Assembly: GCA_023416315.1 (NCBI GenBank)
Contig: JAEZIA010000016.1
Location: 1 to 54,001, forward strand
From: Actinomycetes bacterium
GTDB taxonomy: Bacteria; Actinomycetota; Actinomycetes; Mycobacteriales; Mycobacteriaceae
DNA: 54,001 nucleotides
Direction of reading: 5' to 3'
Below, piece by piece: positions 30,873 through 40,350 of this stretch (its first letter is position 1; each line of letters starts with the position of its first letter). A program made the translations under genes and the position numbers. The notes below the pieces were generated by a model, which was given only the letters and a program-made list of their open reading frames with translations, was not told where the DNA came from and did not search any database.

Positions 30873-31742
30873 CTACACCGTCAAGTTGAAGTTCGGGTCG
30901 GTGCCGTACAGCGCCAACGAGGCCAACAGAACCACGGTCGCGACGGCAACCAACGAAGCCCGCATCGAGATCCCCACGGCCTCACCGACGCCCACCGGAC
31001 CGCCGCTGGCGTTATAGCCGAAGTAGCAGTGGTTGATCATCACGAACATCGCGATGATGATCGCGACGACGAACGACCAGAACACGTCATCGGGGCGCAG
31101 GAACGTCCGGAAGTAGTGGTCATAGGTACCGGTCGACTGGCCGTAGAGCGCCGTCGTGGTCAGCTGCGCGGCCAGGAACGACAGCAGCAGCGCCATCGCG
31201 TACAGCGGGATGATCACGACCATGCCGGCCAGGATGCGCGTCGACACCAGATAGCTGATGGACTTGATGCCCATCACCTCGAGAGCGTCGATCTCCTCGC
31301 TGATCCGCATGGCACCCAGCTCGGCGGTGGCGCCTGCGCCGACCGTCGCGGCCAGTGCGTGTCCGGACACCAGCGGCGCGACGACGCGAACGTTCACCAA
31401 CGCCGCGACGAAACCGGTGAAGGCCTCCACACCGATGTTGCCCAGTGACGCGTAGCCCTGGATCGCGATCAGTGAGCCACCGGACAGGGTCACGAAGCCG
31501 ACGATCGCGATGGTGCCGCCGATGACGGCCATCGCGCCGGTGCCCATGCCGATTTCGGCGATCAGCCGCAGCGTCGCGCGGCGGTAGTAGCGCAGCGCGT
31601 GCGGGATCTGGCCGACCGCGGTGACGGTGAACCACGCGACGTCGCCGACCCGATCCATGAACCGGCCGGGGGCGGCCGCCCACTTGCTGGCGGTGGAATA
31701 GGCCCGGGGATACCGGCCACGCAGGACTGTTGCGGTACTCAT
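30873..31742 (-). CDS. yrbE1B: ABC permease YrbE1B (MlaE family)
   Basis: AELGAMRISEEIDALEVMG, GGPVGVGEAVG, ends NFNLTV. Confidence 0.93.
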   Translation of the reverse strand: MSTATVLRGRYPRAYSTASKWAAAPGRFMDRVGDVAWFTVTAVGQIPHALRYYRRATLRLIAEIGMGTGAMAVIGGTIAIVGFVTLSGGSLIAIQGYASLGNIGVEAFTGFVAALVNVRVVAPLVSGHALAATVGAGATAELGAMRISEEIDALEVMGIKSISYLVSTRILAGMVVIIPLYAMALLLSFLAAQLTTTALYGQSTGTYDHYFRTFLRPDDVFWSFVVAIIIAMFVMINHCYFGYNASGGPVGVGEAVGISMRASLVAVATVVLLASLALYGTDPNFNLTV

Positions 31743-31743
31743 G

Positions 31744-32544
31744 TCAGTGCCCCGTTCCGAAGCGGACGCCAATCGTCGTCAGGACGACGTTGACGGCGAA
31801 CAAAGCAACCACGGAAAGCACCAGCGTTTCGTTCACCGCCGTACCGAGACCCTTCGAGCCACCGGACACCGTCAGGCCGCGGTAGCAGCCGACCAGCCCG
31901 GCGATCAGTCCGAAGGTCAGCGCCTTGACGATCGAGATGATGACCTCGGGCAGGCCGGTGATGAGTGTGAGGGTCGAGACGTAGGCGCCTGCGGAGATGT
32001 TCTGCATGTACACGCCGAAGATGAATCCGCCGACCAGGCCGACGGCGATGACCGCGCCGTTGAGCAACACCGCGACGAACGTCGATGCGACCACGCGGGG
32101 CAGGACCAGACGGTGGATCGGATCGATTCCGAGGACCTCGAGCGCGTCGATCTCCTCACGAATGGTGCGCGCGCCGAGGTCGGCGCAGATGGCCGTCGAT
32201 CCGGCGCCGGCGACCACCAGCACGGTCACGATCGGACCGAGCTGGGTCACCGCGGCCAGCGCGGCACCGGCACCGGAAACGTCCGCGGCGCCGAACTCCA
32301 CCAACAGGATGTTGATGGTGAAGATGATCAGGATCGTGTTCGGAACCGCGACGGCAATCGTCGGCAGGAACGTGACGCGGAACTGAAACCAGCCCTGGAG
32401 GATGAACTCTCGCCACTCGAACGGCCACTTCGTGGTGGCCTTCGCGGTGAGCACGCACATGCGGAAGAAGCCACCGATGGCGGTCAGCGCGGGGCGCGCC
32501 TTGTCCTGGAGGTAGCCACCGACGCCAGTGGTCGTCGCCGTCAC
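31744..32544 (-). CDS. yrbE1A: ABC permease YrbE1A (MlaE family)
   Basis: GSTAICADLGARTIREEIDALEVLG, GGSKGLGTAVNET. Confidence 0.93.
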   Translation of the reverse strand: MTATTTGVGGYLQDKARPALTAIGGFFRMCVLTAKATTKWPFEWREFILQGWFQFRVTFLPTIAVAVPNTILIIFTINILLVEFGAADVSGAGAALAAVTQLGPIVTVLVVAGAGSTAICADLGARTIREEIDALEVLGIDPIHRLVLPRVVASTFVAVLLNGAVIAVGLVGGFIFGVYMQNISAGAYVSTLTLITGLPEVIISIVKALTFGLIAGLVGCYRGLTVSGGSKGLGTAVNETLVLSVVALFAVNVVLTTIGVRFGTGH

Positions 32545-32603
32545 CGGATCACCCACATGACGGGACCGCGTCGGTCGCGCCGTGGCGGCAGTCCGACTGG
32601 CAC
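32541..32603 (-). CDS. Candidate 20-aa uORF translationally coupled to yrbE1A
   Basis: AAGGAGG at 32614-32608, GTG at 32603, peptide VPVGLPPRRDRRGPVMWVIR. Its TGA overlaps the yrbE1A GTG. Confidence 0.4.
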   Translation of the reverse strand: MPVGLPPRRDRRGPVMWVIR

Positions 32604-32647
32604 ATGCCCTCCTTGCCCCCGTCCGCAGTGAGTGGTTGTCGTCTCCC

Positions 32648-32682
32648 TACTACTGAGTAGTAAGGCGGACCACAGGAATGTA
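32648..32682 (-). promoter_or_regulatory. Candidate internal mce1 promoter (-10 TACATT) with a downstream palindromic operator
   Basis: TACATT at 32682-32677. Perfect palindrome TACTACT-G-AGTAGTA at 32648-32662. Confidence 0.5.
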
Positions 32683-32774
32683 CCCGATGGCCGAGGGGCG
32701 GTGCACCGCATCTGCACTATTGACCCTCCATCCCCACTACTCGAATTTTGTCGCATCCGTAAGGCCTTTGACCG

Positions 32775-34400
32775 TCAGCCGGGATCGGCTGGCTCCGAAC
32801 CCGTTTCACTGCCCAAATCCGTTTCGGAGCCGGCACTGAAACGAATCCGCAACTCGGTCTTGAGCACCTTGCCTGCCGGATTTCGCGGCAACGCATCAAC
32901 GATTTCGAGTGCTTTCGGATGCTTGTAGCGGGCTAACCGTTCGGTCAGGAACTCGTCGAGCTCGGCAAGCCGTAGCTCGGGCGCCGAAATCGCTGCGACC
33001 GCAACCGGTACCTCGCCCCACCGGGGATGGGTCCGACCGATGACCGCCACCTCGACGATCGCCGGGTGGGCGGCCAGCACGTTCTCGACCTCGGCGCAGT
33101 AGATGTTCTCGCCACCGGAGATGATCATGTCCTTCTTGCGGTCGACAACCCAGACATAGCCGTCGGAATCCATCCGGACCAGATCACCTGAGTGGAACCA
33201 GCCACCGGCGAAGGCCTCGGCGGTGGCTTGTGGGTTGTTCCAATAGCCGGCCATGAGAGTTGGTGCGCGATAGACGATTTCGCCGACCTCGCCGACCGGG
33301 ACGTCATTCATGTCCTCGTCGACGACCCGCGCCGCGACGGTCGGAATCACCTTGCCGACCGAGCCGCGCTTCCGGATCGCGTCGTCGCCGAGCAGCATGC
33401 ACGTCACCGGCGACATCTCGGTCTGACCGAACGCGGCCAGGATCTTGCTGTCCGGGAAGGTCTCCGACATCTCCCGCAGCAGGGTGTCCGACGCCGGGGC
33501 GGCACCCCAGGACAGCGACCGCAGCCGGATATCGCGTGGCTTGGCTTTCTGCGCCGCGCACACGGCCTGCCACTGTGCGGGCACCAGGAAGATGCCGGTG
33601 ACCCGCTCGGCCTCGAGGACGTCGAGCAACTGGCCGGGATCGAAGCCACCGAGCGGGTGGATGACGGTCGGGGTGCCCAAAATCAGGCCACCGAGGATGT
33701 TGCCGATACCGGCGATGTGGAACAGCGGTACCCCGATGAACCCGACGTCGCCGTTGATGTCGGGGCTGGTGGTGTACATCCCGGTCATCGCCTGGCCGGC
33801 CAGGTTGGTGTGGGTCAGCACCGCGCCCTTGGGCCGTCCGGTGGTGCCCGAGGTGTACATGATCAGCGCCGGGCTGTCATTGGGGATGTCCACCGGTGGG
33901 TGCGGCTCGCCCGCTTCGAGGACCAGATCCTCATAACCCAGCACGCCGTCCTCGGTCGCCCCGCCCGCGACGATCACGGTGGACAGCGCGGGCGCGATGT
34001 CGCGGACGGCCTTGGCGACGTCGGCGAGCACGGTTTCGGTGACCATCACCGCGGCTTCGCAGTCCTGGACCAGGAACGCCAGTTCCGGCGGGGTCAGGCG
34101 GAAGTTGACCGGCACCGCGATCGCGCCGAGCTGGTTGGCGGCCAGGGTCGCCTCGACGAACTCGGGCCGGTTGAGCATCAGGATCATCACCCGGTCGCCG
34201 GACCCGACGCCGCGGCGACTCAGGGCGTCCGCGAACCTGGTCACCCGGTGGTCGAACTCCGCCCACGTCGTGGTGCGACCCATGAAGCGCAAGGCGGTGG
34301 CGTCCGGCTGCATCAGCGCGTGGCGCGCCAGCTGATTGGTCCAGTTCTGGCGGCGGGCCAAATACGGTTGCTCGGTGGTCGCGGTCAGCTGACTGGTCAC
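32775..34400 (-). CDS. fadD5: Fatty-acid-CoA ligase FadD5
   Basis: YTSGTTGRPKG, FGQTE, GWFHSGDL, DRKKDMIISGGENIY. Directly upstream of yrbE1A. Confidence 0.92.
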   Translation of the reverse strand: MTSQLTATTEQPYLARRQNWTNQLARHALMQPDATALRFMGRTTTWAEFDHRVTRFADALSRRGVGSGDRVMILMLNRPEFVEATLAANQLGAIAVPVNFRLTPPELAFLVQDCEAAVMVTETVLADVAKAVRDIAPALSTVIVAGGATEDGVLGYEDLVLEAGEPHPPVDIPNDSPALIMYTSGTTGRPKGAVLTHTNLAGQAMTGMYTTSPDINGDVGFIGVPLFHIAGIGNILGGLILGTPTVIHPLGGFDPGQLLDVLEAERVTGIFLVPAQWQAVCAAQKAKPRDIRLRSLSWGAAPASDTLLREMSETFPDSKILAAFGQTEMSPVTCMLLGDDAIRKRGSVGKVIPTVAARVVDEDMNDVPVGEVGEIVYRAPTLMAGYWNNPQATAEAFAGGWFHSGDLVRMDSDGYVWVVDRKKDMIISGGENIYCAEVENVLAAHPAIVEVAVIGRTHPRWGEVPVAVAAISAPELRLAELDEFLTERLARYKHPKALEIVDALPRNPAGKVLKTELRIRFSAGSETDLGSETGSEPADPG

Positions 34401-34481
34401 AGGTTTTCGTGCCCTCTCGACAGTTCCGACTGGCGTAAATCTCGCGTGAACCCGTTGGCTGGAGAACGCAGTAATCGTTAT

Positions 34482-34493
34482 ATTTGATCAAAT
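34482..34493. promoter_or_regulatory. Probable Mce1R (GntR/FadR-type) operator
   Basis: Perfect palindrome ATTTGATCAAAT in the fadD5/mce1R divergent region. Confidence 0.7.
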
Positions 34494-34554
34494 CTGTTGT
34501 TGTTTGGGTCACACTATTGCTTCACCGCGCGCCACACAAGTCCTCGGAGGTCAC

Positions 34555-35247
34555 GTGAACGCACCGGCTTCCGCACGTGTCGGCAACCGCGGAGGAAGCC
34601 GTCGTTCCCAGCTGTCCGACGAGGTCGCCGGGCACCTGCGCGAAGCGATCATGACCGGGGTACTGCGCCCCGGGACGTTCATCCGGCTCGACGAGACCGC
34701 CGCCCGGCTCGGCGTCAGCATCACTCCGGTGCGCGAGGCGCTGCTGACCCTGCGCGGGGAGGGCATGGTGACCCTCGAGCCGCGGCGGGGGTACGTGGTG
34801 CAGCCGCTGAGCCGCCAGGACGTCGCCGACATCTATTGGCTGCAGGCCACCATCGCCAGGGAGCTGGTCGCCAGCGCGGCCGACCGGCTGTCCGACGAGC
34901 AGATCGACGAGCTCGAACGCGCCAACGAGGCGCTGGCCACCGCGGTGGTCGAGGGCGATCCCGCGACCGTCGGCGCCGCCGAGTTCGCCTTCCACCGCCT
35001 GCTCAACCGTGGAGCCGGCCGCATCAAGCTGGCATGGTTCCTGCTGCACGCGGCGCGCTACATGCCGCCGCAGATCTATGTCACCGACCCGGCCTGGGGC
35101 GAGGCGGCGGTGGAAACCCACCGGCGGCTGATCGAGGCGCTGCGCCGGCGCGACAAGCCCGCCCTCGTCGAGCTGGCCGCGGCGGAATTCAACGACGGCG
35201 TGAACCGGCTGCTGGAACAGCTCGAGCGCAACGGGATGTGGCGCTAA
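34555..35247 (+). CDS. mce1R: GntR/FCD regulator Mce1R
   Basis: GTG with GGAGG RBS, LGVSITPVREAL helix-turn-helix, FHRLLN FCD motif. Divergent from fadD5. Confidence 0.9.
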   Translation: MNAPASARVGNRGGSRRSQLSDEVAGHLREAIMTGVLRPGTFIRLDETAARLGVSITPVREALLTLRGEGMVTLEPRRGYVVQPLSRQDVADIYWLQATIARELVASAADRLSDEQIDELERANEALATAVVEGDPATVGAAEFAFHRLLNRGAGRIKLAWFLLHAARYMPPQIYVTDPAWGEAAVETHRRLIEALRRRDKPALVELAAAEFNDGVNRLLEQLERNGMWR

Positions 35248-35255
35248 CCGCGTCA

Positions 35256-35313
35256 CGAGCAGACACAAAATCGCACAATTTCGACCGAATCTCTGCGAGT
35301 TTGCGTCTGCTCG
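35256..35313. repeat. Mycobacterial REP-like intergenic palindrome
   Basis: CGAGCAGACACAAAATCGCA...TGCGAGTTTGCGTCTGCTCG, 20-bp arms with 2 mismatches, between convergent genes. Confidence 0.75.
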
Positions 35314-35337
35314 CGGGGGGTGCGTCGGGCGAAAGCG

Positions 35338-35775
35338 CTAAGCCGCCAGCTGCTCGGCGCGCGCCTTGAGATTGTTGGCCAGGTGCTCGAGCACGTCATT
35401 GATCAGCTTCTTGACCATCACCGCGGGCACCGGCAGGGACACCTCGACATCGAGGTCGACGGTCAGCAGGCTCGATGGCCCCATCGCGACCACCGAGAAC
35501 AGCTGATCCTGCTTGGTGAACACCTCGCCCTGCTGCAGGACGGTCTGGATCTGGTTCTCCCCGGGGTAGTACACCGCCTGGATGAAGGTGCCCGATTGAC
35601 CCTGGATCTCCATGTCGAGCCGCAGCTGGCTGGGCCGGCCGTCGTCGTAACGAGCCAGCACGTAGACGGCCTTGGCCTCGTCGTTCCACTCCGGATAGGC
35701 CTCGAAGTCGGTGACTATCCGCAGGATCGTGTCGGCATCGGCGTTGACTTCAACGGTCTTGCTGACGAGCGGCAT
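35338..35775 (-). CDS. SRPBCC/START lipid-binding protein (Rv0164/TB18.5-like)
   Basis: MPLVSKTVEV, DFEAYPEWN, RYDDGRPSQLR. The ATG lies 6 nt after TATGAT. Confidence 0.9.
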   Translation of the reverse strand: MPLVSKTVEVNADADTILRIVTDFEAYPEWNDEAKAVYVLARYDDGRPSQLRLDMEIQGQSGTFIQAVYYPGENQIQTVLQQGEVFTKQDQLFSVVAMGPSSLLTVDLDVEVSLPVPAVMVKKLINDVLEHLANNLKARAEQLAA

Positions 35776-35795
35776 CGGCCGATCATATCGGCGCC

Positions 35796-36455
35796 TTAGG
35801 CGGGCGCCGCCTCGGCCGTACCCACCGCCTGCCCAACGCCCAGCGGGGATTCCACCCGGGCCTTCTCCTCCCGAATCAGTCCGCGCAGCAGGGCGGTACT
35901 GAATTCGGCGGCGATCTCCTTGGCGCTGCGGCGGCCGTCGGGCCGCAGCCACCGGTAGGCGCCCAACGTCATCCCGATATAGCCCAGCGCCACCACGTGC
36001 GAGTCGCACTCGTAGAACTCGCCGCTGGCGATCCCGCGGTCGATGACCCCGGTCACGTGCTCGTAGACCTGGGTTTCCTTCTCCCGGACCTCGGCGACCT
36101 GTTCCTCGGTGAACCATTCGGTGATGTAGGGCGCCTCCTGGAAGTACACCGCCGCACCCTCGGGGTTCTCGGCGATGTTGGTCAGCAGCCGCACGGTGTA
36201 TTGGTAGAGCGCTTCACGGGCGGTCCAGGACGGGTCGTCGTGCACGGCTTCCAGGGTGTTCTCGGCCGCGCGGCGATAGATGTCGAACAGGATCAGCGAC
36301 TTGCTGGCGTAGTAGTGGTAGACCGTCGCCTTGTTCAGGCCGACGACATCGGCGACGTCATCCATCCTGGTCCCGTGATAGCCCCGTGCGGCGAAGAGCT
36401 TGGTGGCGACGGCCAGCAGCTCTTCGCGCCGGGTCATCCCGTTCTCCGGTGGCAT
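35796..36455 (-). CDS. TetR family regulator (Rv0158-like)
   Basis: TRMDDVADVVGLNKATVYHYY helix-turn-helix. Syntenic with Rv0158. Confidence 0.9.
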   Translation of the reverse strand: MPPENGMTRREELLAVATKLFAARGYHGTRMDDVADVVGLNKATVYHYYASKSLILFDIYRRAAENTLEAVHDDPSWTAREALYQYTVRLLTNIAENPEGAAVYFQEAPYITEWFTEEQVAEVREKETQVYEHVTGVIDRGIASGEFYECDSHVVALGYIGMTLGAYRWLRPDGRRSAKEIAAEFSTALLRGLIREEKARVESPLGVGQAVGTAEAAPA

Positions 36456-36494
36456 GATGTCCTCGCATTTCCCGTCCGACGGAATCGGACCTCT

Positions 36495-36513
36495 CTATCA
36501 ACTGGTTGGATAG
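36495..36513. promoter_or_regulatory. Candidate TetR autoregulatory operator
   Basis: Imperfect palindrome CTATCAACTGGTTGGATAG upstream of the TetR gene. Confidence 0.5.
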
Positions 36514-36589
36514 TTTAATGACCGGTGTCGCGGCCGCGGCCCGCGGACTAGACTCCGGTTCATTGCGGTGAGGCTGGGAGGTGCGAGGG

Positions 36590-36700
36590 ATGGATCCGAA
36601 TCCGGACTACGACGCGAGCGACGAGGTCGAGTACTTCTTCAGCTGGCTGCCCTGGGCGCTGCGCGGCGTCTATCCACCGCCCGCGTACCCGCCGGTCTAA
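36590..36700 (+). CDS. 36-aa small protein, Rv0157A-like
   Basis: Below the ORF-track cutoff: MDPNPDYDASDEVEYFFSWLPWALRGVYPPPAYPPV with upstream GGAGGTG. Position is divergent from the Rv0158-like gene. Confidence 0.75.
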   Translation: MDPNPDYDASDEVEYFFSWLPWALRGVYPPPAYPPV

Positions 36701-36720
36701 ATCACGCCTGAACCACACCT

Positions 36721-37869
36721 TTGCCGGCCGGCCTGCGGGCGATGCTCGCCCGCGACCCCGATGAACCGCATCGTGCGTCCAGTTCGCTCGAGCTTCTGTT
36801 CGACCTGGTGTTCGTCGTCGCCGTCTCCCAGACGTCGGGCGCATTGCACCACCTGTGGGCCGAAGAGCATTTCGTCGCCGGCCTAGCCTCCTACGCGATG
36901 GTGTTCTTCGCCATCTTCAACGCGTGGATGAACTTCACCTGGTTCGCCAGTGCCTACGACACCGACGACTGGCTCTATCGGTTGACGGTGTTCGTACAGA
37001 TGGCCGGGGCCCTGGTCATCGCAGCAGGGGCGCAGCGGGCGATGCTGGACAACGACTTCGGGGCGATCGTCGCCGGCTACGCGATCATGCGGGTGGCCAC
37101 GGCCGCCCAGTGGATCCGGGCGGCGATCAGCGATCGCCAGTACCGCGGCACCTGTGTCCGGTATGCGGCCGGCATCGCGATCGTGCAGGTGCTGTGGGTG
37201 AGCTGGTGGGCGCTGGACGGGCCGGTGTGGTGGTTCCCGGTGCTGGCGCTGGTGGACCTGTCGGTGTCACCGGTCGCCGAGCGGCACCACCCGACGGCCT
37301 ACCATCACCACCACATCGCCGAGCGGTACGGCTTGTTCACCCTGATCGTGCTCGGGGAATCGATTCTGGCCGCGGCCAATTCGATCATCGGCGGGTTGTC
37401 CGACGACGCGGCCCGGGTCGGCTTGATCGTCGTCGCCGGCTGCTCACTGGCGATCGTGGCGTCGATGTGGTGGATCTACTTCGACCGTCCGCAGCACCGC
37501 CAGACGATCACCCTGCGCCGGTCGTTCTTCTGGGGCTACCTGCACTACTTCATCTTCGCCGCGGCCGCTGCGTTCTCGGCAGGGGTCGAGGTGGTGGTGG
37601 CCGAACACCTCGGCGAGGGGCATCTGCCGCACACCGCGGCGGCCCTGACGTTGACGATTCCGTTGGCGGCCTTCCTGATTGCGACGTGGCTGGTGCTCGA
37701 CGCCGGACGACGCGACGTTCTGCAGGCCGTCGGGGTGGTGATGCTGACCGTCGCGATGGTGGGCGCCGCACTGCTGCCCGATCCCCCGATCGGGGCGGCG
37801 GTGATCATGGTCGCGGCGGCGGCGCTGGTGAGCTGGCGGCACGCGAGCGATAAGCTTGCGGCCTTGTGA
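36721..37869 (+). CDS. Low temperature requirement protein A (LtrA) family membrane protein
   Basis: LELLFDLVFVVA, WMNFTWFASAYDTDD, HIAERYGLFTLIVLGE. Start could instead be the ATG at 36742. Confidence 0.88.
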   Translation: MPAGLRAMLARDPDEPHRASSSLELLFDLVFVVAVSQTSGALHHLWAEEHFVAGLASYAMVFFAIFNAWMNFTWFASAYDTDDWLYRLTVFVQMAGALVIAAGAQRAMLDNDFGAIVAGYAIMRVATAAQWIRAAISDRQYRGTCVRYAAGIAIVQVLWVSWWALDGPVWWFPVLALVDLSVSPVAERHHPTAYHHHHIAERYGLFTLIVLGESILAAANSIIGGLSDDAARVGLIVVAGCSLAIVASMWWIYFDRPQHRQTITLRRSFFWGYLHYFIFAAAAAFSAGVEVVVAEHLGEGHLPHTAAALTLTIPLAAFLIATWLVLDAGRRDVLQAVGVVMLTVAMVGAALLPDPPIGAAVIMVAAAALVSWRHASDKLAAL

Positions 37870-38330
37870 GCGACTGGACAGCGACAGCGGCCCGCCCGCA
37901 CGAGATGCGCCTGCGGCTGGAGACCTACCCTGTCATCGACACCATCGCGTCGCGCTACGGCGACATGGACTCCAACGCCCACCTCAACAACCTGGCACTG
38001 GAGTCGCTGCACGAGAACGCCCGGGCGACCATGAACCGCAACCTGTTTCCCGATATCTACGACCTGACCACCCGACGGCTGCGCCTGGTCACCTCGCAGA
38101 ACGCCGTGCACTTCCTGGCCGAGGCGCATTGGCCCTCGACGATCCAGACCGGCGCCGGGGTCGGCCGGATCGGGCGGACGTCGTTCGTGGCGTCGACCGG
38201 GCTGTTCGTCGACGGCAGCTGTATCGGCGTGTGCGACACCGTGCTGGTTCTGCTCGGCGACGACGGGCCGGTGCCGATTCCCGACGACACGCTGGCGGCG
38301 CTGGAAACCGCTCGGCTGCGATCGCGCTAA
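37866..38330 (+). CDS. Hotdog-fold acyl-CoA thioesterase (4HBT-like)
   Basis: RYGDMDSNAHLNN, GRIGRTSF. GTGA overlap with the LtrA gene. Confidence 0.85.
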   Translation: MSDWTATAARPHEMRLRLETYPVIDTIASRYGDMDSNAHLNNLALESLHENARATMNRNLFPDIYDLTTRRLRLVTSQNAVHFLAEAHWPSTIQTGAGVGRIGRTSFVASTGLFVDGSCIGVCDTVLVLLGDDGPVPIPDDTLAALETARLRSR

Positions 38331-38366
38331 GTGCTTGGGCTGCCGCACTTTCGGGCCCGAGAACAG

Positions 38367-39566
38367 TCAGTCCCGCACAGTATCCGGCACGGTGACGACG
38401 GCCGTCGTCCCCCCACCCGGCGTGCCCGTCAGCCGCACCGAACCGCCCATCGCCTCGACCCCGACCACCAGGGACGACAACCCGATGTGACCCTCGGCGA
38501 CCTTGCGGTCCAGCACGGCGGGGTCGAATCCCACACCGTCGTCGATCACCCGCAGCACCAACCCGTCGGCCACCTGAGTGAGCTCGACCCGAAGCCGGGT
38601 GGCGCGAGAGTGCTTGTGCGCGTTGGCCAATAACTCGCGGGCCGCCCGGTACAGCACGGCTTGAGCGGCCGGCTTGCCCACCTCGTCGATCGCGCTGTCG
38701 ATGGTCACGTTCCACCGTCGCTCGTACTGGCCGACCAGTTCGCGCAGCGCAGGACCCAGGCCGACCTGGGCCAGCACCTGGGGATGCAGTGTGCTGACCG
38801 CGCTGCGCAGCAGATTGATGGCATCCTGCAGCGCGGCGTCCACCCGGTCGAAACCGGTCGCGCTGGGCTGATCGCGTAGGTCCTCCAAATCCAGGCGGGC
38901 GGCCAGCAGGTTCTGCAGCGGCCCGTCGTGCAGCTGTTCGGACAGTTGCCGGTTGTGGCGTTCGTCGGCCTGCATCGATTCCGAGACCAGCCGGCGGCGC
39001 ACCTCGAGCAGGGCCCGCACCCGGGCCCGACGCCGCGCCAGCACCAGGCACAGCGAGGTCGTGGCCAGCGCCAGCCACACCAGGCACCCGACCTGGACGT
39101 AGACGACGTTGGGCATCCCCATCGTGTCGTCGCGCTTGGAGTAGATGATCCACGCCGCGAGGTACCCGACCGCGGTGCTGCCACCGATCAGCGCGGTGAT
39201 CTCCGGGCGGTCCAGGAACGCGACGGTGATCGGGATCAGGAAGAAGATCGGCAGCAGCCAGCTCGTCGCGCCCCCGGAGGCGACGCACATCGCCAGCACC
39301 GCGACCACGTCGATGGCCGTCGAGGCCCAGCCGAACCACCAGCGCAGCGGCCTGCGGATCACGACGGTCAGCCACACCGCCGCGGTGGCCGTGTAGAGGA
39401 TCAGCACCGACCAGTAGACGGCGGGCAGCCAGTGGTCGACGCCCTCGATCCACACCAGCAGGCCGATCAGCACGATCAGCGGCAACCGCAGGACGGCGGC
39501 GACCCGCACCGGTTCGGTGCCCAAGAAATCGGCCGCGCGGTGCAGCGGGGCCGGACGATTACTCAA
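38367..39566 (-). CDS. Membrane sensor histidine kinase, NarS-like (HisKA_3)
   Basis: Multi-TM N-terminus, QLHDGPLQ H-box, RELLANAHKHS, DDGVGF, GHIGL. Confidence 0.9.
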   Translation of the reverse strand: MSNRPAPLHRAADFLGTEPVRVAAVLRLPLIVLIGLLVWIEGVDHWLPAVYWSVLILYTATAAVWLTVVIRRPLRWWFGWASTAIDVVAVLAMCVASGGATSWLLPIFFLIPITVAFLDRPEITALIGGSTAVGYLAAWIIYSKRDDTMGMPNVVYVQVGCLVWLALATTSLCLVLARRRARVRALLEVRRRLVSESMQADERHNRQLSEQLHDGPLQNLLAARLDLEDLRDQPSATGFDRVDAALQDAINLLRSAVSTLHPQVLAQVGLGPALRELVGQYERRWNVTIDSAIDEVGKPAAQAVLYRAARELLANAHKHSRATRLRVELTQVADGLVLRVIDDGVGFDPAVLDRKVAEGHIGLSSLVVGVEAMGGSVRLTGTPGGGTTAVVTVPDTVRD

Positions 39567-40203
39567 GCAGCCCCCGCCGCATCGCCTCGGCGACCGCCGC
39601 GGCCCGGTCCCCCACCCCGAGCTTCTCGTACAGCCGCTGCACGTGGGTCTTGACCGTCGACGGCGCCAGGAACAGCGCCTCGGCGATCGAGGGGATGCTG
39701 CGTCCGCCCGCGATCATGCTGAGCACCTCGCGTTCCCGCGAGCTCAGCGCCGGCCCGGAAGGCTCTGCGCGGCGGCGGATTTCGACGGCCAGCCCCGAGG
39801 CCAGTCGCGGCGCCAGCACGTCACGGCCCTTCGCGCAGTCCAGCACCGCGTTCACGATCTCGGACCGGCTGGAGTCCTTGGGCAGATAGCCGGCCGCACC
39901 CTGTTGCAAGGCGTGATAGACGATCTCGGCGTCGTCGTGCGCAGAGACCAGCAGCACCCGCGTCGACAGTTCGTCGCGCCGGACCGCGGCGGCCACCTCG
40001 GCGCCGTCCATCCCCGGCATCCGGTAGTCCAGCAGCGCCACGTCGGGGCTGTGTTCCTTGATCGCCGCCAGCGCCGAGGCACCGTCCTCGGCCTCGGCCA
40101 CCACGTCGACCTCGCCGCTGCCGCTGAGCGCTCGGACCAGGCCGTCGCGGAACAGCGGGTGGTCGTCGCCGACGACGACGCGCACCTTTCGGTTATCGGG
40201 CAT
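39559..40203 (-). CDS. narL: LuxR/NarL family response regulator, close to M. tuberculosis NarL
   Basis: VVVGDDHPLFR, LLDYRMPGMDG, APSTVKTHVQRLYEKLGV. Confidence 0.8.
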   Translation of the reverse strand: MPDNRKVRVVVGDDHPLFRDGLVRALSGSGEVDVVAEAEDGASALAAIKEHSPDVALLDYRMPGMDGAEVAAAVRRDELSTRVLLVSAHDDAEIVYHALQQGAAGYLPKDSSRSEIVNAVLDCAKGRDVLAPRLASGLAVEIRRRAEPSGPALSSREREVLSMIAGGRSIPSIAEALFLAPSTVKTHVQRLYEKLGVGDRAAAVAEAMRRGLLE

Positions 40204-40350
40204 GCCAGGAGCTTTCCACAGGGGTCCACCAATCGGGGGACAAACACTTCATCCCTCGGGGGGTCCTATCAGCGGACAGACAGCCCGCGGCGGGCGCGCG
40301 ATAGTCGATTCATCGCCGAAAGCCATCGGCCCGGAGCCAAGGAGACGGAC

